Assembly: GCF_052425735.1 (NCBI RefSeq)
Contig: NC_135759.1
Span: forward strand, 32,054,001-32,118,000
Source of the DNA: Oculina patagonica
Lineage: Eukaryota
Length of the DNA stretch: 64,000 nt
Reading direction: 5' to 3'
The stretch's first letter is position 1. Every line of letters begins with the position of its first letter. The translations under genes were made by a program, and so were the position numbers. Under the pieces are notes generated by a model. The model was not told where the DNA came from. It saw only the letters and a list, made by a program, of their open reading frames with translations, and did not search any database. This document shows positions 48,701-60,700 of the stretch, in pieces.

Positions 48701-51700
48701 TCCTCGACTCTCTTTAATGCTTTCGGATCTTCTTGCAAATTTCATGTATTGGATATAAACCTGAAAGTGCCAGACACCAGAAAAAAGACATTATTATCAG
48801 AATACAGAATAATTAGCATACATTGTAGCAATATTGCTATCGCCCAAGGAAAAAGATTGAAAAAAGACCATATTTTCACCAGAAAATATCTATAAAATCT
48901 ATAATAATCTAGCAAAATGTTTTATTGTTCATCAGTTTGGGCCAGTACAACAAAGAAAAACATAGCTCGACTTCAGAAAGTGCAAAACTCTGCGGCTAGG
49001 GTTGCCACCGGAACAAGGAAATTTGATCACATCACCCCTACGTTAAAGCAACTCCATTGGTTGCTGGTTGCTTGGCAGCTTGAAGTCAGAGACGCTGTAA
49101 TGGCTTATAAATGTTTGCACGGACAAGCCCCAGCATATCTGCGCAGCAAATTTATTGTTAGAGCTGACGTCCATTCTATCAATACAAGACACAGAATTAA
49201 GTTGGATGTCCCGCTATACAAAACGGCTACCAGCCAGCAGTCATTTGTATTCAGAGCTACTCGGCTTTGGAACGAACTACCTCGGACTCTAACAGATGTA
49301 AATAGTTTGAGTATTTTTAAGGATGCTATAAAACGTCGCACTTGGAAGAATTTTATTGATACATAGAACCCTTATAAACGTAACCCTTTATAATATTTAG
49401 TAAGAATGATTTTATTTTTTAGCTGTACATTTCATTGTAATTTACGCTGAAAACCCATTTTTGGAGAGGCAAATAAAATCTTATAATAATATACACACAT
49501 CCTAAGTAAGTATCCTAATACACACATCCTAAGTATCCTAACTAATTAAATTATAAACCCCAAACATACTTGAACCATATTAAAGTTATTAAACTAGCTT
49601 TTGCAAGCATTGGAATGGATCCAAACAATGGAATTAAAAACAAAACTAGTTACTTGGTCTAACACAGGAAAATTAAAATTTATGTTCTCACCAAAGTTGG
49701 ATCTATATTCTCAAGGGCTAGGTATTTTTCGTAGATTTCCTTTGCTTTCTGAAACTTCATCCTTCCCTACAGAAAACAGCAATGATAAGAGTATTTTACA
49801 TGTGGTTGGCAGGGTTAGATTAAGTACTTTGGACTGGACCAATAAGACTTGAATCAAGTTTTTACCAAAACGTGGTCACAATCCCCTTAACAACAGTGAT
49901 TGAGGAAGTGTATCTGGTGACAACAATACTAACACCATGTACAGTCATTTGATACTTATAAAAGAACATGACAGCCACCAGATCAATCTACTGTAGGTAT
50001 TAAATTGATTAAGCGCTGTGGCATAAATTATTTTTTTTCTTAATTCAAGGGTGGCGTTAATTAAAATTTATGCTGTAATATGCAGCATTTATTCGAGGGT
50101 GGCGGTAATCCTAACAAGTCTCATCCCGATTTGGTCAACCTGATCCAATATAAGTTTGGTGTGGTTTGAATTTGTTTAACTATCTTAACAGATGCAAGAT
50201 AAGCAGTAGTTTTTATGTGTTAGCCTTTTTTCAGACTTAATTATCCTTTATGCATATGCCCAATTGACTAGAACTTGGTGTCGGTGCTAAACAAACTTTT
50301 TTTGTTACCTCTTCAAAGTCAGCATATGCAAAATACAACAGCATGCTGTGTTTCATCAGTCCTGTGATGGCCCTTTCATACATGGCTGCGGCTTCATCTC
50401 CAAGCACTTTTGATCCTTGCATATCCTGCAATATTACATGTAAAAACACACACATGTAAAAGAGTTCAGATAAAACTGTGTGCTGATTGCATAAAGGAAC
50501 TTCAGAATAGAGACTGCACAAAATCTTGCAAAAAAAAACCCGTGCCATTGAGGTATAATATGGTGTAGGAATCCTTTGTCAAGTTGGGAAACAACTCTGG
50601 AGCAGTAGGGTATTGGGGCCTGCTGGGGGGAGAGGGGTATTCATGTCTCCCACCTGAATTTAAAATATTGTCATGTCATAATTTCAAACGGTCAGCACAT
50701 AGCTGTTAAAATTTTTGTCTAAAGACTGACATGGGTAATCTATGTAAGACTCGGGGCAGGATTTTCTCAGGCATTTTAACCCCTGCCTACCAGAGAACAC
50801 ACAAGCACCGGCGGCCTGTGAGATCTTGGCGCATGGCCTGACACCCGGATAGCTTACATGAGCCTCCCCTCTGCATCCTTGTACTGGCTCGTACGCTGCC
50901 TGTCGAACTCCTGACCAGTGCATTGGAGGCATTCTCGATCGATCGAGGCCCTCGCCCTCTCATCTTGTTAGACTCAGAATCACTGGCTTGATTCGCTGTG
51001 ACTAATCGCACATAGAGTGGGATGGCACAATAGCAAAGCTCATCTGTGTCCATCTGCCTCACGCACACAAGGCCATGAATTGTCGAGAAAAGCAATATGG
51101 GTCAGCGGTGTTGAAGTAGTGCCAGACCTTACAGCAACGGGGAGATTTGTAAGGCATCGGAACAACCAGGCAGTGATGTCCTGTGAGGACGATAAATACG
51201 TCCTCGGTCGGCGTGACAACAGAGAAGACGTATATATACGTCCTTGGTAGGCAAGGGGTTAAAAGGCAGTGCTTGCATGGTTAAATTAACTATTTTTTCC
51301 AACATAATAAATTATCGCTGTTGTTGCCAACAGAGTCTGTAATTACCCCTTTGTCCATCATCTTTTGACTGATTTGTTCCAGGTACAGAGCTGCTTCACA
51401 CCATATGTTAGGATGAAATCCCATTGTTTGCAGACACTGTTCATAGGCATACACCACTGCAAAGAAACACATTGATAATTAACTTTTATACCATGCCATA
51501 GAAAATACAGCCAATCAGAATACAGGAAAGCCGTTGTATATTCGACGGTATTCAACCCAACCTTCCCATCGTGCGCTGCGATTGTATTTTCGACGAAATT
51601 TAGTAAGCGTATTTTCTATGGTATGGTATAAAATAGTTACACAACACTTTCTCATGGTATACTATGGAATATCCCACTTTTCACTTGTTTTTTCTTGTAT

Positions 51701-54700
51701 CACTCCCCTAAAGGGTCGTGTGTATACCGAGAAAATACAAGTGACTCGTGGGATATTCCATAGTATACCACTCGAAAGTGTTGCATAATAACTAGTATGT
51801 ATTTTACAGAGAAAACTTAAGTGAACCCTTTGCAGAAATGATACCTCACTTTACATATTACTTAAATTCAGCATTAAGCTATAAACTATGAACTTTAAAA
51901 CTCAGGAGAAGTTTGCAAAAAAATACTACCGGTATTAATTTTAGTAGTGCATTGAATGTGCAAAAACAAAGGTTTAGCTTGGACAGCAATGTATTGTTTT
52001 GTTGTGAATGTTTAGAAATCTATTGAGAGCTACAAACAACACTATATATTTCGTGGTTGATCTGAATAGGATGAAAAAAAAAAACAATTCTTACTACAAG
52101 GAATTTCAATCAGTTATGTCCCATGCACAATAACTTGCAACCATAACCACTCTCCAAAAACACTAATCCCCAAATTATGCCAACAGTAAAGTAAGCCTAC
52201 CCACTCTTTTGGAATGTTACAACTGTAAATATCTTACAAACCTCTCTTAGTTAGAAGGGCTGTATCCTCTGTTCTCAATGGGTTGCTCTTTTCCCAGGCA
52301 ATATACTTCTTCCAAATTTGCAACTTAAGTGGTTGAAAAAAAAAAAACAAGAAGTTCACAAGACTGATACTTAAACACACTGCGGCTAGTACACTTTGAA
52401 TGATATTAATCAAAATGAACGCTGACACAACAGAACATCTGATGTAATGGTATACAACTTTACTTGTGCCAAGTGGGAGGCTCCCTAGTGTCACTTCCTA
52501 ACTGGTTCTAACTTTAAAGTCTGTGGATAAAATCCCAAATAATGAAAGCAGAGATTCCAACCCTTTTTTAAGGAAAATAGGGAGTATTAATAAAAATTTT
52601 TAGCGCTGAAGGTGTGAGCCTCTAGGGGGGTCTGGGGCATGTTCCACTGGGAAATTTTGCAAATTAAGGTTCTCTCAAGTGCCATTTTTGGCATTTTGAC
52701 ATTATTTCTGAATTATTTTATAAGGTCTTTATTCTTTTCACAGATATTTTTGGAGCTTTTCTTTAGTTTGGTAAAGCTCAGATCGCAAAAAAGTACAAAA
52801 GATTAGCATTTTTTCTGTTGTTTTTAGAATTTCATGATAAATCAGGAGAATCTGATAAAAATCGGGAGAGCGGGAGGCAACGCATCAAATCCGGAGACTC
52901 CTGATCAGAGCGGGAGGGTTGGAATCTCTGTGAAAGCAACTTTGTGGTTCTTTCCTAGTCAGGCCTAGCATTAACAGTTGAGTGCAAAGAAATTTATAAA
53001 ATATACTAGTAAAAATACCTGTTTAGTTTCATCTGCACTTCCCTGCACAGGAACAGCAGGGTTTCCTTTCACTAATCCACGAGTTATAGCTTCATACTCC
53101 TAAAAAAGGGAAGCTAAAGTGAATTTTCCCGAACTTGAGTTGTTTCTAAATTACTATGTAATAGGTATATGAATTAATTGGTTTTTAATGGAGAGGAAGT
53201 AAGGTAGACAATGATTAAGACTTAAATTACTTCTAAAATATCATAACTCACATGGCCTTTAAATTGCTTTTTTTTTTATTTCAATATCACCAAATTTGTT
53301 TAAACAGGTGTAGTTTTTAGTCAGTGCAAAATACCATGTATCTTCATGCTGTTTTGCAGTACCAGTAGTCCGTGTTGGGGCCTGCAGGCTCTAAAACTAT
53401 TTACAGCCGACAGACAAATTATGGCAGCCTTATCTTAACTAACAGCCCTGGTACTGTTGGACTCATTACTCTTACAAAAATGAGCCTATTGACATGATTA
53501 CAGATCATCCTTTCCAAAACTTGACATTGAAGGGTTGAACCATCACAATAACTAAAACCATTTAGGGGCTGGTCATTGGCTGTTTTTATACTAGAGAAGT
53601 GTTACCTCTGCAGGGTTTTCTTAATAGGGAAAGCTAAAAAGGGGGGGAACCCCCTCCCAAAACCCTCTGGATGAGCTTCGGCAAAAATTTTGTTGTTCGT
53701 CTGGTTATGCATCTCTAGTATAAAGACAGGCACAAGACACATTACGCCTTCTAGACGAGCTTCCTTTCGTTATCCGTCTTTCAAGATGCATTTCGAAAAG
53801 TAGCTTGTCTAGACGGGTAACTCGTCTTGTGCCTGTCATTATACTAGAGACGCATAACCAGACAAACAAAAAAATTTTTTGCCAAAGCTCGTCCAGATGG
53901 GTAACTCGTATCTTAAGTATAAAAACGGCCATTATTTATAGGAGAGGGAAGGGCTGGTAGAAACGAGGGAGGCCATGTTCAAATGCTCCTGACCCTCCCC
54001 TTTTTGGAAGCACATTTTTTTACTGTCACTCCCCCTCCCCCCTCGCCCACTCCCTTAGAGGTCCCTGTGTGCATAAATTTATGTAATCCCCCTTTTTTCC
54101 TGCATTAAAATCATCAACCCTAGCCTCCCTCTCTGAATAATGGCTGGTCCCTTAGCATACCACTTAATAACCAATTTACAAACCACACAATAAGCAATAT
54201 TTACCTTTGAAACTCTTCTGGCATTCATGTAGTCTCTTGTTTTATCATCAATCAGTTTCTTAGCTAAAAGCTTGTTTACATTCTGAAATGGGAACACTTT
54301 TGCTTAGCTGCAATCTTTTAATTTTTAGATTCACATTTTTATTGGAGTGTCAGTGATACATTTGGTAGCTTATCGCTAATAATTTGGTGATACCCCCTTA
54401 AATATTTTCTTACTTAATTTATCTTATGCAGCAATAAATTGTGTAAGATGAAAATTAATGATTACATCTGGAGTCCACAACTAAAGGGTACAATTAAACT
54501 ATCTTCATGACATACGTAATATGTACAGAGCTTGAGGGCTGTCTACACACCTGTTCAAAAGCATTATATTCTCTCCATAGTGCTTCTAAATTTAAGATGG
54601 GAGTCACCACAGCTCTCTAAAAGAAATACATTTATTAAGATTAGTAACTTTTAATCTGGGAAGGGCACAGGAAAGACCACAAAATGATTTTAACATAAAG

Positions 54701-57700
54701 TTAGTTTCCTGATAGAAAAAAAGTGAAAATGATCTCCAATTTCTGAAGAAAGTTTATTGCTGTTTAAGACAAAAAATTAAAAGTAGAATAAAATGCAAGC
54801 ACCCTTGCGACTGTGCATTTATGTCACCAATATCGTATATTACCTGATAGACTTTTCTTATGGTGATAATCTTGCGGTTTTCTGCATAGCTGCCAACTGC
54901 ATCACTAAGAACGAAACAATTTAAATAACATATCAGTACAGAAATGCTAAGCCAGTTGGAATGATCAATGTTAATAGTTGCCAGTTTAAAGCAGTTTGTG
55001 TCTGGTGAACACGAATTCAGTGCTGCCCAATTGTGTGACAAACATTTGCAAATGATTATATCAAGACAATGACAAATGGCAGCACTTTCTCTAAATAAAA
55101 CTTTAAGAATCACATTAAAAATTCCTCTCTCAGTAGCAATCCCAATACCAATACAAACAGGGTTCAATTTGTTTTCGGACTCCCAAAATGTTTTCGGACT
55201 CCAAATTTTTTTGTTTATTAAACAAGTAATCAGTCTTTTTTGCTTAATAAACAAGTTTGACTAATGAAAGTTGCTTATTAAAAAAAAAAGACCCTATTTT
55301 TTAATTGATAGACAAAAAAGGTGGTATTTTTTGTTTATTACACAAAAATTTTTTGCTTATTAAACAAAAAACCCGCGCGCTTTTTGCTTATTAAACAAAA
55401 GTTTCACAACATTTTGTGCACACGAAAATCTTTACCTTCGGCCGCCATTACATACAAAAATATTGAGAGGAAAAACATTGCTACGGATGAATCATTATTT
55501 TAAAAACATATATATTAGAAGTCTCTACTGCTAAATCATTCCACTGAGGGAAAACAAAGGCATGACTTCCCTTTTAGGAAGAATATTTTCCAAAAGTTTG
55601 ACTACGCAGCGCGATCGATTGGCTGCGTTCAACGAGCTGCTTGTTGGGGATGCTCAAGTTTTAAATCGGAAACGAGCCCTCTTCATTTTATTAATTACAA
55701 AATAAAAACATCAAGAGATTTCTAAAAGCAGAAAAGACCGGGGATTTGAACGAAGATGGCCTGTTTGTCGTCGAGTTTGTCGGTGATATTAGATCTATTT
55801 TATAAACGACGAAATGAACAACTTTCTAGCGATGTGTTTTACGCCGGTCATGAAATTTGCACTTTGCAGCGTAATGTGGGAAAAATAAGGCACAACTCCG
55901 TGCAAAACCTCGGCAGCAATGGATAAATCATTGTTAAATGAAAAACTTTTAACAGAAGACTTGTCTGCTGCATCCTATTTAAGCGACCTTTCTTTTTCTG
56001 GAAGAATATTTTCCATGCATAAACGTTGTGCGATTTCGCGGCGAGCGATCGGCGATTCCGGAACGAGCTGCAAAGTCGAAAGTTTTTAAGCGATTCCTAG
56101 CAAATAAGGAGCTTTTTGAAGGCAGCAAGAACAGAAGATTTAAATAAACACAGCCCTATAAATATAAAGTCGTAGTATTAAATATGCAGTCGAGATAGCC
56201 GGTGATAAAATCTATTTTTAGACACGTTGACAAAATAAACAGCAGAGCTAGCTGTCATGTTCAAACGATTCACCCGGCAGACAGGGAAAATTACCACGGT
56301 CAGAAAAAAAATTCTTTTCGCGTCAACTTTCAAAATTTGTGCTGAATTCCCGTGCAAAAGCTCGAAAGGACTTAAAATTCCTAGGTTTATTAAAATTAAG
56401 CGGAGTTTTCAGAGGTGGAATTTCACCACGGACTTTTTTTACAACAGACTTGAAATGCCAGCTTATGTTTTGAATATCAAGCAAGAATAGCGCCTTTTGT
56501 TTATTAATTAAAAAAAGGTATAGCATTTTTAGTTATCAAACAAAAGTGCCACAACATTTTACGAACTTCATGCAGTCGTACGAGTACGGTGAAATCGATC
56601 TTGCAAAAGAAAACAGCGTAATGTCATACATGTAGACAGCTAATTAGAGTCACCAGTTTTCTTGAAAATATTTATAGGTTTTAACCAAAACGTGGCACGT
56701 TTTGTTTATTAAACAGTAACTTTTTTATAAAACAATTTGCTTTTCAACCGAAAACGGGTCATAACAGTCTAGCTTGCAAACATATTCTTATCTTCATGCA
56801 GCTACGTAACTACGGACAAAAATATTTGCGAGCAAAAACAACGCAATCATTCCACCCGAATTTAAGACAATGAGGCAAAGAGTTTTCTGAATGTAGCAAA
56901 AATGGGTCACTTTATTCTGGACAGGGCGAAATAAACAGTAGCGTGGTTTGTATATTTCCGCGATTCACACGAAAGTTTTATTTACCACGGTAAGTTTGTA
57001 CTTTACGCGACAACTGGACAAATTTGAACTGAATTATGTGCCGAGTGTCGGTGAAGTAAAATTTAAATAGAGAGAAGAACTGTAAAGCGAAAACTAGTGT
57101 GAAAACGTTACTGAAAAGAAACTCATGTTTTCAGTTCAGTGTTGACTTCTCGACGCGACTGAAACGAACACTTCGGTTTGATAAATAGAATTTAAAGGAA
57201 AGATAAAAACTCTCGGCTTTTTGCAATTCGTCGAGTTCGTTCGTACTGTAAAATTGACTTAGGTGCAGACAATGTACACAGGAGAATATTCATTCAAAAA
57301 ACAATCAAAATAGACTTGTAAAATCTGAGAACACATTCGATTCGTAAACCAGAAATATTTACGAGAAGATCGATCAAGAGATAAAATGTGTGAAGTTTTA
57401 ACGCATTCCGTCGAAATGGATTTTGGAAATGAAAGCTGGTGTTTAATTTGACGGACAATCTGCTGGCCAAAGATTTAAAACAGTTCATCGCACAAGAATT
57501 TATTTGTACTTGTTTTTATACGCTGCCCAAAATAATAATAACAAAAACAATCAAAACAGACTTGTGAAATCTGAGAACACATTCGATTCGTAGATCATGC
57601 AGAGATATTTACGCGAAGATCGATCAAGAGATAAAATGTGTTCTTCGGTGCGTTTCCGCTTGATTAAAAAACACACGTCCAGTAGAACAGAAAAATAGCA

Positions 57701-60700
57701 ATACAGTTATTAAAAGGCTTTTACCACTCAAGTAAACAAAGTCTTTCAACTGAAAGAGTTTTTTAGTTTGAATCAGGATTCCTATTTGAAAAGCAATGTC
57801 ACGCAACTCGCCGGCTAAGAAAACGCGAGAAAAGGTCGTTTTGTTAAATCTAATTGCCCTTTATTTTGAGCGAAAGTAGCTACAGAAACTTTTAAAACAT
57901 CTGGAGATTTTTGAATGATCGTTTCGAGCGATCGTTTTGCCGGGTAGAAAAAAAAACAGAGCTTGACAACTGGGAAGCAGTTTAACTTACAGTTTTCGTT
58001 GGCGCCAAAATGCTTTGCGCGGGAAAAATTTCAGACAGCTTTTAAAAAAGCTTCGGCAATTAAATTCAACACGACAATGAAAATACAATTATTTTGGTAT
58101 CAATCCACACTTTTTTAATAAACTTCAATATCAACTGACTGATCGAGAGAACAAATATGAGACATATGAGCTCACCTCTTAACAAGTCACAAGAACATCA
58201 GAGCCACGGCGCGGCGTCCTTAGCACAGAAATTTATGCACGTCTGTAGATTCTTTAGTTGTCTTTCCCTTTAAATATTTAAACCGCCATCAGTGATTTGA
58301 CCTGCTAAAAGTGATATGACTTGCATTTTCTTTGTTATACGCTTACAAACACTGTCCGGCCTAGTACATGTACGTATTGAACAGTGTCCAGCACTCCGTT
58401 AGTAAGTCTTGCTTACAAACAGATCAAAACGAATAGTTCTCAACCAAAATTGTTTTAAAGTTCGCTCCTGTTTTCTCGAATACGGTAGTCCCGGAACTCG
58501 CATTATAAGTCGCGTATGCACGTGTAGATTTCAACGGCGGTTCAACGGTTCACCTCAAAAATGACGACGAATTAAGTCCAATCAGCAAATCGCAGAATAG
58601 GCCATGTGAACAAATCTTGATTCCCCGACTGAGTTGAAGAAGGCACTATTTCTCCAATTTAACCAATTTTCGTGCCAAAACATTTGCACAAATGTCGCCA
58701 CCGCCGCTAAGCACAGAACTGTCGACTAGCCGAAAAACTTTACAGAGCTCTAACGATTAAGGTGGCTCCGTAGGGTTTTGAGATATTACGGCGCGCGCAC
58801 AAGTGATACCCATCAAGAGATCATTTTCGCGTTATTTTTTTAAACTAGCTTAATAAAAGCTGATGAAATATTAAAAACAAGGACTAAAATATGTTGTGCA
58901 TTATTCTTTTTTAAAATAACAGCCTTTGCTTTTGAGCTACATCTTCCTAAAAAGTCCTATTTTGTGGGTGTTTTTGTGGCTTTGATCTTAATTTTCTTTA
59001 ATTTTCTTCGGTGAAAAGTTTTGAAAATCTCCCAACTAATTGAATCTGATGAGAAGTAACTTTTAAAAACAAAAAAAGTGGGGGTTGTCCAGGTCGTTTT
59101 TTCGTTTTTGGTTATTTTGTGTTTTTTTGACCAAGCAAAAAAACTGGCTTACAAATTTTTTTAAAAAAACGGCAAAATGGGCAGTTAAAAAGGTATCACA
59201 TCTCTGCCAAATTTTAAGGATTTTCACCGAAGGAAACTCTAGTAAATTCCAGGCGAAATTTTTTATTTTCGCCCCGAAATAATTACGTCATCAGAATAGA
59301 AATTGTCCAAGATCGCTATTTGAGCATGCGCGAACTTTCGAACCATACGAGTTGATGTGTAAAGACGAGCGTTTCCCGTTGTTGTCGGTTTTTGTGCGAA
59401 TATCTGTTAACCCCAAGGTTAGTTAGAGACATACCCTAATCCTTTATGTAGCAGAATCTCTGAAATTCTGCTCGAAGTATCTCACAATCGCGGAGACTAT
59501 TTTTTATTTTGTCTTTTGCTTTCGATCGTACGAACTTCGCAAAAGCGGCCAGAAGCACCGCGGACGTTGTAAAAACCTTTTTAGGGTGTTGTAAACTCTT
59601 TAATCTGCTCAACACAGGAAAGTACAGGTGTTATTTCATTGGCAGGAAGCAAGTCTCGCGTTTTCTCGCCGAAAATTTCACGCTCGCGTGAAGCTGCCAT
59701 GTTTGTTTTGATTTGCCGGCATTTCAAGCTCGCCCTTTCGTACCCAGTCTTCGCGCGGTCAAGAAACCCTATGGAGCCACCTTATTAGGGAACTCACGTT
59801 CATCATTATAGGCGTGTCATCCAAATCTGTGACTGACACCTTATGACAGCGAGCACCGTGATTGGTTCCCGTCACGTGCCTTTATGACAGCAAGCGCTGT
59901 CATTGGTCACTGTGGACGCGCCATAAGCGATCAAAGCAGCGTGTTCGCAATTCAACGGTTTAACGGTGAACATTGGAGCTCTGTAAGTTTTTCGGCTAGT
60001 CGACAGTTCTGTGCTTTATAGCGGCGGTGGCGACATTTGTGCAAATGTTTTGGCTACGAAAATTGGTTAAATTGGAGAAATAGTGCCTTCTTCAACTCAG
60101 TCGGGGAATCAAGATTTGTTGACATGGCCTATTCTGCGATTTGCTGATTGGACTTAATTCGTCGTCATTTTTGACGGTGAACCGCCGTTGAAATCTACAC
60201 GTGCATACGCGACTTATAATGCGAGTTCCGGGACTACCGTATTCGAGAAAACAGGAGCGAACTTTAAAACAATTTTGGTTGAGAACTATTCGTTTTGTTC
60301 TGTTTGTAAGCAAGACTTACTAACGGAGTGCTGGACACTGTTCAATACGTACATGTACCAGGCCGGACAGTGTTTGTAAGCGTATAACATAGAAATTGCA
60401 AGTCATATCACTTTTAGCAGGTCAAATCACTGATGGCGGTTTAAATATTTAAAGGGAAAGACAACTAAAGAATCTACAGACGTGCATAAATTTCTGTGCT
60501 AAGGACGCCGCGCCGTGGCCCTGATGTTCTTGTGACTTGTTAAGAGGTGAGCTCATATGTCTCATATTTGTTCTCTCGATCAGTCAGTTGATATTGAAGT
60601 TTATTAAAAAAGTGTGGATTGATACCAAAAAATTGTATTTTCATTGTCGTGTTGAATTTAATTGCCGAAGCTTTTTTAAAAGCTGTCTGAAATTTTTCCC

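Noticed and set aside
59265-59295. Second hammerhead (CTGATGA...GAAA on minus strand)
   Set aside because: No stem II pairing. The CTGAAGA at ~375-381 also lacks the GAAA core.
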